A stretch of 64,000 nucleotides of DNA from an uncultured Clostridia bacterium (lineage in GTDB: Bacteria > Bacillota > Clostridia > TANB77 > CAG-508), in the NCBI GenBank assembly GCA_947589015.1, contig CANPZF010000005.1, positions 4,341 to 68,340 of the forward strand, read 5' to 3'. Below, in pieces: positions 20,423 through 29,441 of this stretch. The notes beneath the pieces are model-generated. The model was not told where the DNA came from and did not search any database. It was given only the letters and a program-made list of their open reading frames with translations. The first letter of the stretch is position 1; each line of letters opens with the position of its first letter. The translations under genes and the position numbers were made by a program.

Positions 20423-21445
20423 TTATTGTAATAAATTATTGAAATCTTTTCCCGTTATTTTAGTATAATCTGCTTTAAATCTTTTATATTCACTATTCCA
20501 TGAATCGTATTGGGTATCATTTCTATGGTCTGGTAAATTATAGTGTTCTTTTAAATATTTAGAAAAATATCTTGTATATTTTGTTGCTCCCCATACATTT
20601 AGATGTGCATAGTTATAAAAATCTTTATCAAAATCAACTTCAAAATCATCTAATGTATTAAAATTAAATACTTCATAACCATTTGCTTGTATAATATCTG
20701 TTGCAGTATTTATATATTCCATACCGTTATTTATATAACTTCTTTTAGGAACTACAAATAATACATTTAATTGGTTTGATTTTATATAATCAATTAAATC
20801 TTCTAATACTTCCTTATTTTCTTGCTTTAGCTCTATTCTTTTATTACTATCCCATTCATATGTTTCTTGTGGTTCTATTCCAACAGTTAATTTATAAAAT
20901 AGGTATCCTTTATATAAAGTTCTATTTCCAATTATATTTATACTACCAATATTTTTCCATTTGTTATGATATAATAAAAAGCTAAAGTAATAATTTATGT
21001 AGTCTTCTTTTTTTACATCTGTATATTTCAACATACCTTGAATTGCATCTATTCTATTTTTTGAATTTTTTAGAGAATCAATAACTTTTCTTTCCTGTCC
21101 ATCTTGTATATTTCCTAGATTATCACCTACCTTAGCTAGATCTATTATGTATAACTTAGGGTTTTGATATTTTTTTGACTCTTCTAACAAATATTTGACT
21201 GCTGACAAAGGCTGTGAATCAGTAGCTAACACACCTGTTGTAAACCCATACAAATTATACGCTAAAGTAGTATTGAAATGAGCATAACTGTTACTTCCAC
21301 CTATATTTATAATATCTAGTGTATTTTGGGGCTCACCATAGAAACAACCTATGGATGTTTGATCTAACCATAACACCTTAAAAACAATAATACATAAAAT
21401 GCAAAATATAATTAAAAATATTATACTTTTTATAATCTTTTTCAT
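20423..21445 (-). CDS. DltD/AlgJ-like (SGNH-type) single-pass membrane-anchored protein.
   Basis: N-terminal TM. An IGGSNSYAHFNTTLA-like motif follows the anchor (as in DltD). It sits immediately downstream of the MBOAT gene. Confidence 0.6.
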   Translation of the reverse strand: MKKIIKSIIFLIIFCILCIIVFKVLWLDQTSIGCFYGEPQNTLDIINIGGSNSYAHFNTTLAYNLYGFTTGVLATDSQPLSAVKYLLEESKKYQNPKLYIIDLAKVGDNLGNIQDGQERKVIDSLKNSKNRIDAIQGMLKYTDVKKEDYINYYFSFLLYHNKWKNIGSINIIGNRTLYKGYLFYKLTVGIEPQETYEWDSNKRIELKQENKEVLEDLIDYIKSNQLNVLFVVPKRSYINNGMEYINTATDIIQANGYEVFNFNTLDDFEVDFDKDFYNYAHLNVWGATKYTRYFSKYLKEHYNLPDHRNDTQYDSWNSEYKRFKADYTKITGKDFNNLLQ

Positions 21446-21457
21446 TCTCTCACCTCT

Positions 21458-23005
21458 TTAAAACTGTCTATATATAAAATTAGCTGGATTATATCCGGCA
21501 CCATAGCAACCAAATATTATAATCATAAATATTAATACATATAATACAGTCCATCTAAAAACAATATTTTGCTTAAATAACTTTTTTCTTACATTTCCTT
21601 TTAATGCTAGTTTTTCAACTATAAACAATATAAATATTGCCCCTGATAATACAATAAAGTCTTTTACATCTAATCCTATATTATTTAACAAATTACTCAA
21701 GTTACTTCTTCCTAGCAATGCTCCTATATTATTTAACATAAAACAACTTTTTATTGCATTGATAGCACCGCTTACACTTGGTGCTCTAAAAAATATCATT
21801 GAAAATGAAAATAATAGATATGTTCTTATTGTTTTATATAGTCTGTAACTAAAAACTTCTGTATTTATACCTAATTTATTGTTTATTCTCTTTGAAATTG
21901 GTTCTAAAACATCTTCTAAAAATATAAATAGAAACTGTAATAGCCCTGAACCAATTATATATGTATATGCCCCTCCATGCCATACTCCAATTGCAAACCA
22001 CATAATAAGCATAGAAATGTATAATGGTATTTTTTTGCCTACTTTTTTTCCAAATATTTTTTTACATTTTTTATTTAACTTTTGCATTATATCTGACTTT
22101 TGTAACGGATAAAAAATATAGTCTCTTAACCATGCACCTAATGTAATATGCCAATTTCTCCAAAATTCCGTCATTGTACTAGAAGCAAATGGTACTGTGA
22201 AGTTTTCTGGTAACCTAATACCCATAAATTCCGATATTCCCATAATAATATCTATTGAACCAGAAAAGTTTGTATATAATTGTAAAGGGAAAAATAGTAC
22301 AGCAGCTATTGTAAAAAATGCCCTATATGCATTTAAGTCAGCCCAAACTGTATCTACGAACATCCCAATTCTCTGCGAAATAACTAGTATTTTAAAAAGT
22401 CCCCATAAAATTCTAACCAATCCGCTACACATAAATTCATAACTAAATTTGTGTTCTCCGTATAGTTCTCCTTTTGTATCTTCATATCTAATGAATGGTC
22501 CTGATGATAGAATAGGGAAATATGACATAAACAAAGCACATTTAAATATATTCTTTTGTGCCTCCGTCACTCCCCTAAATATGTCTACAAGATATCCTAT
22601 CATAATTAGAGAATAGTAGCTTATACCAATTAATGAATTTCTTTGTACAAATTTAAATTGATAGTCTATATTAAATAAATTACATATATGGTTAGCTGTA
22701 GATAAAAATAGATTAGTATATTTTAAATAGACTAATTGTGTCAAAATCAAAAATATTCCTAATATTAAAAATGCTTTTGATTTTTTTGAATTTTCTTTAT
22801 ATTTATCTATTAATCTTCCACAAAAGTAAGAAGATAACAAAATAATTAATGCTTGTACAACTGTTTCTAAGTTTAAATTATCATAAAATAAAAATATAAT
22901 ACTTGATATCAGTAGTACAATCCACTGTATTTTTTTCGGAACAATAAAATATATTGCTACTGTTATTATACTAAATAAAGCAAAAACCAAAGATGTTAAT
23001 GCCAT
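21458..23005 (-). CDS. MBOAT family membrane-bound O-acyltransferase (DltB/AlgI-like).
   Basis: Polytopic. MBOAT signatures RNWHITLGAWLRDYIFYPL and VWHGGAYTYI. Confidence 0.8.
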   Translation of the reverse strand: MALTSLVFALFSIITVAIYFIVPKKIQWIVLLISSIIFLFYDNLNLETVVQALIILLSSYFCGRLIDKYKENSKKSKAFLILGIFLILTQLVYLKYTNLFLSTANHICNLFNIDYQFKFVQRNSLIGISYYSLIMIGYLVDIFRGVTEAQKNIFKCALFMSYFPILSSGPFIRYEDTKGELYGEHKFSYEFMCSGLVRILWGLFKILVISQRIGMFVDTVWADLNAYRAFFTIAAVLFFPLQLYTNFSGSIDIIMGISEFMGIRLPENFTVPFASSTMTEFWRNWHITLGAWLRDYIFYPLQKSDIMQKLNKKCKKIFGKKVGKKIPLYISMLIMWFAIGVWHGGAYTYIIGSGLLQFLFIFLEDVLEPISKRINNKLGINTEVFSYRLYKTIRTYLLFSFSMIFFRAPSVSGAINAIKSCFMLNNIGALLGRSNLSNLLNNIGLDVKDFIVLSGAIFILFIVEKLALKGNVRKKLFKQNIVFRWTVLYVLIFMIIIFGCYGAGYNPANFIYRQF

Positions 23006-23026
23006 AATTATTTCCTCCTTCTTTTA

Positions 23027-23761
23027 TTACATAATATTTCCATTTGTTATTGCAATATTTTGTCCAGTAATACTATTAGATTTTTCTGATAGTAAAAATT
23101 CAAACATTGGAATTACATCATCTATAGTTAAGTTACTACCTGTTGGACTGTTCATAGCATTTTGTTTTACAATGAGTTCTGGTATTGTTTGTAAAAATTT
23201 TGTTTCTATCATAGTTGGTGAAATCCCATTAATTTTTATTCCTTTATTAGCATACTCATTTGCAAGTGATTTCACTAATCCTAATAGTGCATATTTTGAA
23301 GTTACATAACTTGCTAAATATTTAGGAGGAATATTTATTGTGTATGAAGTCAACATAACAATTATTTTTCCATATTTATTCTTAGTCATAATTGGTAAAA
23401 AATTATTTAAAATAATAACTAACGAACGAAGTGCTATATCTAAATCGCTTTGAAATTTATTCCATGTTAATTTAGAAAATTTTAAATTTTCAATTTTTCC
23501 TGCTGGCAAATGCACAATATGAGTTGGAATTTTGCCAGTTTTCTTAATGTTTTCTACAAAATCATAAGTAGCACTTTCATCTTTAAAATTACCTTCTATT
23601 AAAATTAATTTTTCTTCTAGTTCCTTTTTTAATTCTACTAGATTGCTTTTGTTTCCATTATAATGTGCAATAATAAAATCAAAATCTTTATTTACTTTAC
23701 TTATTAGACCTAATCCTATATCAGAAGATGCACCTGTTATTAATAATATTTTTTCACTCAT
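23027..23761 (-). CDS. Short-chain dehydrogenase/reductase (SDR).
   Basis: ITGASSDIGLGL Rossmann motif. The catalytic YxxxK is present as YVTSKYALLGLVK. Confidence 0.75.
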   Translation of the reverse strand: MSEKILLITGASSDIGLGLISKVNKDFDFIIAHYNGNKSNLVELKKELEEKLILIEGNFKDESATYDFVENIKKTGKIPTHIVHLPAGKIENLKFSKLTWNKFQSDLDIALRSLVIILNNFLPIMTKNKYGKIIVMLTSYTINIPPKYLASYVTSKYALLGLVKSLANEYANKGIKINGISPTMIETKFLQTIPELIVKQNAMNSPTGSNLTIDDVIPMFEFLLSEKSNSITGQNIAITNGNIM

Positions 23762-24278
23762 TTATAACTCCTACTTTCATTTTTCCTCTTACTACTTTTT
23801 GTTGTTTACTGTTTAAAATTTCAAATTTTATTGTAAATTGCTTAAAAGTTTCATTTATTTCTATTACTTTACCATTTATTGTTAGTGGATTGTCCGAAAG
23901 ATACACTGGTTTCTTAAACAAAATTTCCACACTGTGAATGAGGCTATATTTTCCAGGCAGGTATACTCCTGCTAAAGTTGATACAAATGATGAAGTAAGC
24001 ATCCCATAAACCACTTTCTGGTTATAGCCTTTAGATTTTGCATACTCCAAATCATTATGTAAAGGGTTAATATCTCCTGTTATTTCACAAAATGACCCTA
24101 GCATTTTATCAGTAATAGAAACTTGGAATTGTTCTTCCAATCCAATTTTTATATCTTCAAATTTATATTCTTTTAAAATATTTTTTCCATGCTGTCCGCT
24201 AGTTTTATAAGAACTTATCTGTGTGTGTGTGTGTGTGTGTACAGTATCAAGGCTTTTAGCCTTTTTGATTTTTTTCAT
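23754..24278 (-). CDS. MaoC-like/hotdog-fold dehydratase. Its 5' coding region contains a (GT)10 repeat.
   Basis: Hotdog motifs GDINPLHNDLEYAKSKGY and VVYGML. The repeat at 24221-24240 encodes the HTHTHTQ stretch of the N-terminal extension. Confidence 0.7.
   Translation of the reverse strand: MKKIKKAKSLDTVHTHTHTQISSYKTSGQHGKNILKEYKFEDIKIGLEEQFQVSITDKMLGSFCEITGDINPLHNDLEYAKSKGYNQKVVYGMLTSSFVSTLAGVYLPGKYSLIHSVEILFKKPVYLSDNPLTINGKVIEINETFKQFTIKFEILNSKQQKVVRGKMKVGVINE
24221..24240. repeat. Dinucleotide microsatellite (GT)10, equal to (AC)10 on the coding strand, inside the dehydratase gene.
   Basis: ctGTGTGTGTGTGTGTGTGTGTac. This is a conspicuous repeat in an AT-rich genome. Confidence 0.9.
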
Positions 24279-24298
24279 TTTTTCTCCACCTTATATAC

Positions 24299-24541
24299 TT
24301 AGTTCATTCTAGAGATAATAATATCTACCATTTCTCCAACATTTTTCATTGTTGTTACTTCATTCATATTAAATTTAATTCCAAATTCTTGCTCAACAGC
24401 AACAATCAAATTGATATGTTCTAAGCTGTCCCAATCTTCAATATCATTAGCTGTTGTCTCTGGTTTTACAACTATACCTTCATCATCAAATACATCTCTA
24501 AAAACATTGTTTAATCTTTCATAAATTTCTTCTTTTTCCAT
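24299..24541 (-). CDS. Acyl/peptidyl carrier protein (DltC/ACP-like).
   Basis: 80 aa. The phosphopantetheine attachment motif is DWDSLEHINL. Confidence 0.8.
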   Translation of the reverse strand: MEKEEIYERLNNVFRDVFDDEGIVVKPETTANDIEDWDSLEHINLIVAVEQEFGIKFNMNEVTTMKNVGEMVDIIISRMN

Positions 24542-26322
24542 TATTCTTTCACCTCTATTACATTATTTTTATTAGTATATACATTTGATATATCTAATTT
24601 ATATATTTTATTTCCTTGCTCGTCACAAGATATTTCTTGAAAACCTTGCAAGTCATAAAAATCAATAACCATTTTATTTTTTACCGTTGGATAATAGTAG
24701 CCATATATTGTTTTAATATTTCTTTCTTTTGCCTTTTTTACTAACATATCCATCATTGCAAATTCCATATTTCTTTTTAAAACTCTACAGCTCATTATCC
24801 ATAAATCTATATGTAATTCATCATTATTTTTTATATTTCCAATTACAACAGATATAACACCATTATCTCCAAATATATCTTCTAATTTTCCATATATTTT
24901 TATATAATTATCATCATTATAAACATCTTCAATATCTGCTAAAGAATATCTTTTTGTTGTTAAATTAAATTGATTACTTTTGTTGCTTAGTTGTGATATT
25001 CTTTCTAAGTAAATTGGTTTGAATGTTGATATTTCTGCTTTCATTTGTAATGATTTTAAATAATCTTCATAGTTATCAAATGACATCATCATTTGACTTC
25101 TTTTTGCATTGTCTTTATATAACTCGTTTTTCTTTAGATCTTCGTTCGAAAAGTTCGTAACTTCAAAATATCCATTATGGTCAATTATTCTAATATAATT
25201 TTCAGGTACATCTATTTCAGGTGTTGCAATTCCTTCAACATAGTTTTGTACTATTTTTCTTTCTGCTGGGTTATCATCTACAAATACAAAACTGTCCGCT
25301 CCTAAATTAAGTTCTTCTGCAATATCTTTAATATTTAAATTTTTAGGATTCCAATTTGCTTTTATTATAATAAAATCTTCTGGTTTTAATGTTCCAGCTG
25401 GATGGTTTAGCCCTGCTATCGCATTTTCATATTCATTTTTAGAATTTATATTTAATATTATTCCTAGACTTTTATGTTCTTTTATATAGCTTTGCATTTC
25501 AGAATAAACTTGTCCACTTGGAACTTCTGGCCCTATTTTTAGGTTTTCTACTCCATCGTCTCCAACAATTCCTCCCCATAATGTGTTGTCTAAATCTAAT
25601 ACAAATGCTTTTTTATTTTTTCCATAAATAGATTTTATAATATTTGCTAAATTAAATGATAAATATGGTATTGCTGGTACTTCCATAGCATATTTATACA
25701 TATGCCAATAAAATTGATTTGCCCATTTATCTAATCCATAACAAGAGGATATGTAGTTTATATCATTTATGAAAAAATTTTTGGTACTGTTTGCATAATC
25801 ATGAAATTTTTGATTTAGTCTTGTTATAAAGTTTATTCTTCCATGAATATCTACTGCATCTTTATTTCCTAATAAACGATAGTAAGGATATTCAAAGTTA
25901 TTTTGTATTATTGTGCAATTAAATCTTTCACTTAAGCTTTTCCATATTTTTTTGAATTTTTCATACTCACTATTTAGCATATTTTCAATGTTTTTTTCAT
26001 CATCATACATTGTAGGATGTTGCATTATATTTCTATTTGTAGTATGTATGTATATAATATCTGGATTAAATTTATCTAATTCTTCATTTCCAAATATAGC
26101 ATCTTCATAATACTGATTATATTCAGATTCATAAAAAGTAGGTTTTATTCCATAGTTTAATAAGAATATTTCTAACATATTTTTTATTTCGCTAGTTGTA
26201 GAACCACCCAGTATTGCTATATTTTTTTCTATAAAATTATCATTTTGTAATAATTGTCTTTTTATTTTCTTTTTATTCTTCATTAAATATGTTACATCAA
26301 ATGGATATTCTAATTCTTTCAT
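24541..26322 (-). CDS. FkbH-like HAD-IIIC domain protein with a C-terminal acyltransferase-like (GNAT-like) region.
   Basis: FVLDLDNTLWGGIVGDDG matches the HAD-IIIC/FkbH motif; FVFVDDNPAERKIV matches motif III. Confidence 0.7.
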   Translation of the reverse strand: MKELEYPFDVTYLMKNKKKIKRQLLQNDNFIEKNIAILGGSTTSEIKNMLEIFLLNYGIKPTFYESEYNQYYEDAIFGNEELDKFNPDIIYIHTTNRNIMQHPTMYDDEKNIENMLNSEYEKFKKIWKSLSERFNCTIIQNNFEYPYYRLLGNKDAVDIHGRINFITRLNQKFHDYANSTKNFFINDINYISSCYGLDKWANQFYWHMYKYAMEVPAIPYLSFNLANIIKSIYGKNKKAFVLDLDNTLWGGIVGDDGVENLKIGPEVPSGQVYSEMQSYIKEHKSLGIILNINSKNEYENAIAGLNHPAGTLKPEDFIIIKANWNPKNLNIKDIAEELNLGADSFVFVDDNPAERKIVQNYVEGIATPEIDVPENYIRIIDHNGYFEVTNFSNEDLKKNELYKDNAKRSQMMMSFDNYEDYLKSLQMKAEISTFKPIYLERISQLSNKSNQFNLTTKRYSLADIEDVYNDDNYIKIYGKLEDIFGDNGVISVVIGNIKNNDELHIDLWIMSCRVLKRNMEFAMMDMLVKKAKERNIKTIYGYYYPTVKNKMVIDFYDLQGFQEISCDEQGNKIYKLDISNVYTNKNNVIEVKE

Positions 26323-26467
26323 CTAATACTCCTTTTTTATTCATTTAAATTATTTTATAATATATTTATATCATCTTTTAATGCTTTGTATACTAAAAAG
26401 AATATGCATTTCTTTAATTGCCTCTTAGGCACCCGCTACACTGACTAATTATAAGTCATTGTTCTTT

Positions 26468-28288
26468 CTACTTTTTTTCGCTTTTTATGGCTTTTCTACT
26501 CCAACCATTACAACCAGAAATAACTCTTCCATTTGATTCTCCTGCAATTATAGAATTTTCTGGAAATTTTTTTGTTACAACTGTTTTTGCCGATACAATT
26601 GAATCTCGACCTATCGTTGCTCCCTTTAGTACTGTAACATTTGTAGTTAGCCAAACGTGGTCTCCTATATTTACTTCTTTTGGATAATTGGTACCTTTCA
26701 TATTTTTATCAAATACTTGATGAAAATCACTATCATAAATTATAGCATTTCTACTCATCATTACATCTTCACCAATATTAATTTTCCTTGCACATACTAT
26801 CACTGCTCCGCAATTTGCAGTAAAAAATTTTGTGTTTAAAATAGCATTATTGTGAATTTCAATATAGCTATTATAATTAATTTGAGCTCCATTATTTACA
26901 TACCATTTAGCATTCCCATGCATCTTTAGATACATTTCGGTTTTAGATTTTCTTAACTTACAAGCACAAAGTTCCAAGTTTCTCCCCTTTATATAAATCC
27001 TCGAGTGCTTACTTAACTCTAATACTGTTCCTTTATGTGGTATTAAATATACTCCTTTATGTCTTATAACGTTTTCACTAAAAAAGTTATATTTGATAAA
27101 CTTTATAATGTCTAAATGTAATACAAAATTAATTTTTTTTAATACAGAATTTGCTTTTCTAAAAACTTTTTTTATTAGAGTTTCTTTATCTTCCTCAATA
27201 CATGCCTCTACTGCTTTACTAAATTTTTCTGTTTCTAGCATTTTAAAAAATTTATCTCTATTTTTATGTTTTTCAAGCTTACTTATTGCAGCTGGATTTC
27301 CTTCTAACATCTCATCTAAATTTCTTTGTTGAAAAACTATATCTTCTTTTATGTTTTCAAATAAATCTTTTCCTTTTTTAGAATTAATCATAATACAAGA
27401 AATTCCTTTAAACATATCCTCAGACTTCATTCCATGAATTCCCCAAAAATCTCCAATGGTTATATCACTTATTCTTGGTAATTCTCTGTATTTGCAATCA
27501 TAACACGAATTTCTCATAAAAAGTCCTTTGCATCCAATGAAGCCCCTTACCCATGGTGAAGTATTTTTATCTTTATGATAGGTGTCTCCATTTTCAAACT
27601 CTACATATGATGCTATACTTTGCCAACCTGTTTTTTTGTTTTTTAAATGTACTAATTTGACTTTTGAATTATGCTCCTCTTCTAATTCTTCTATACGCTT
27701 TTTATATGCTAATGGTGAGTTTACACCTCTACATATAAAATCTATAATATATAAGTTTTCATATTGTTTATCTAAAAATGATTGCAAGGCTGCACTTTGG
27801 CAAGGTGTACCACAAAATAGTACCTTTTTATCTCCTTCTAATAAATCTTTAACTTGTCCATAAATTCCTTCTGCATTACTTTGGAAATATTTGCTTCCCA
27901 TAATTTTTTTCAAATCTTCAATTGTATTCCCAACACTGTGATGTGCTCCTTTATAGTCTTTATCATAAACAGAACCAACTATATATCCACCATTTTTTAT
28001 AAAATTTTGTGCTAAGATGTAATATATCCCACCTGATGTGCTTTGTATCCTAATTTCATCATCTTTAGCCCATGCAGCATAAACTTTGGGTACATCTTTT
28101 TTATATCTATTTTCTATAAGTCTTGGACATCTTTTTACACACAGTCCACATTTTATACATTTATCATAATCTACCTTTGGTACAGAAAATCCTTCTTTGT
28201 CAGATTCATAATAAATAGCATTTCTAGGACATATACCTGCACACATATTGCATCCCGTACACTTTTCTTTTACAATTTTGTCTATCAT
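26468..28288 (-). CDS. Fusion of an FrhB-like (coenzyme F420 hydrogenase beta-like) 2x[4Fe-4S] domain with a hexapeptide-repeat acetyltransferase.
   Basis: N-terminus CTGCNMCAGICP ... CIKCGLCVKRCP. C-terminal LbH repeats IGDHVWLTTNVTVLKGATIGRDSIV. Confidence 0.65.
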   Translation of the reverse strand: MIDKIVKEKCTGCNMCAGICPRNAIYYESDKEGFSVPKVDYDKCIKCGLCVKRCPRLIENRYKKDVPKVYAAWAKDDEIRIQSTSGGIYYILAQNFIKNGGYIVGSVYDKDYKGAHHSVGNTIEDLKKIMGSKYFQSNAEGIYGQVKDLLEGDKKVLFCGTPCQSAALQSFLDKQYENLYIIDFICRGVNSPLAYKKRIEELEEEHNSKVKLVHLKNKKTGWQSIASYVEFENGDTYHKDKNTSPWVRGFIGCKGLFMRNSCYDCKYRELPRISDITIGDFWGIHGMKSEDMFKGISCIMINSKKGKDLFENIKEDIVFQQRNLDEMLEGNPAAISKLEKHKNRDKFFKMLETEKFSKAVEACIEEDKETLIKKVFRKANSVLKKINFVLHLDIIKFIKYNFFSENVIRHKGVYLIPHKGTVLELSKHSRIYIKGRNLELCACKLRKSKTEMYLKMHGNAKWYVNNGAQINYNSYIEIHNNAILNTKFFTANCGAVIVCARKINIGEDVMMSRNAIIYDSDFHQVFDKNMKGTNYPKEVNIGDHVWLTTNVTVLKGATIGRDSIVSAKTVVTKKFPENSIIAGESNGRVISGCNGWSRKAIKSEKK

Positions 28289-28289
28289 T

Positions 28290-29441
28290 TTATCCCCCCA
28301 AGTGTCTTTTTATAATTTTTCTTAAAATTCTTTTTACTGCTCTCAATCTTTGTTTAATATAAATTTTTAATATTACAATTTTATCTTTAATACTTATTTT
28401 TTTTATATAATTCTTAACAATTTCCTTTTCTTTTAGTTCTAATTTCCCTTTTAAATATGCATATATTAGAATCAAATCACAATTTAGCCACCATTCGTAA
28501 TCTATAGTATTATATCCCTTCTCGTTTTCAGTTCTTTGTACATCAATTGTTTTACTTATCCCCTTTGTTATATTTATCTTTTGCTCAAAATTTCCAATAA
28601 CTAATTTCAATTTTTTATCATCTACAAACATCTCAGTTGTTTTATTCCATTTTAATTCTTCATATAGATCATAAAATACTTTTCTAAATAATTCAACAGG
28701 TACATGAATAATATTTACTTTCTTATGTAAAACCTTTGCACTTACTTTTACCACATCATCCCAGAAAATTTCTTTTCCTGCTTCTGCAATGTGAAATGCT
28801 TCATTTTTTGCTTTCTCATTATTAAATAACTTTACTGTAGCATATGAAAAGTCATCAATATGAACAATTGGAATTTTGACATTTTTACACGCTACAATTG
28901 GGCAGTTTTGATTAATTCTCTCAAATATAGTCCATTGATTTTTTCTACTAATTACTGGAAATGGCACTCTATAATTTCCATATGTAACAAAAGGACGAAC
29001 AATAGTATAAAATTTATCATCAACATTTATGTAATACTGTCTAATAATTTTCTCGCACTCTATCTTTTCTCTGGTATATCTCCATTTCATCTGGTTTTGC
29101 TCTGCATTCTCATTTAATTTTTCTTTACTATAACTATATATAGCTGTTGTTGAAATAAAAACGTACTGTTTGCATCTTTTTGCAAAGTTTTCTAACGAAA
29201 TTTTTAACTGTTCTGGCGAATATACTAGACATTCAACAACAATGTCAATCTTTAATCCATCCATTATTTCTTTTATCTTTTTCTTATCCCACACATCAGC
29301 CATTATATAACTGGCTCCTTTAACATTTCTATAGTTATGAATCCCACGAGTTATAGCATAAACTGTATACCCTTGTTTTACAGCTTCTTCTACAATTCCT
29401 GAACTTATTATTCCAGTACCTCCTGTTACTAATACATTCAT
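28290..29441 (-). CDS. NAD-dependent epimerase/dehydratase family protein with a basic C-terminal extension.
   Basis: MNVLVTGGTGIISSGIV Rossmann motif. Length is 383 aa. Confidence 0.7.
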   Translation of the reverse strand: MNVLVTGGTGIISSGIVEEAVKQGYTVYAITRGIHNYRNVKGASYIMADVWDKKKIKEIMDGLKIDIVVECLVYSPEQLKISLENFAKRCKQYVFISTTAIYSYSKEKLNENAEQNQMKWRYTREKIECEKIIRQYYINVDDKFYTIVRPFVTYGNYRVPFPVISRKNQWTIFERINQNCPIVACKNVKIPIVHIDDFSYATVKLFNNEKAKNEAFHIAEAGKEIFWDDVVKVSAKVLHKKVNIIHVPVELFRKVFYDLYEELKWNKTTEMFVDDKKLKLVIGNFEQKINITKGISKTIDVQRTENEKGYNTIDYEWWLNCDLILIYAYLKGKLELKEKEIVKNYIKKISIKDKIVILKIYIKQRLRAVKRILRKIIKRHLGG

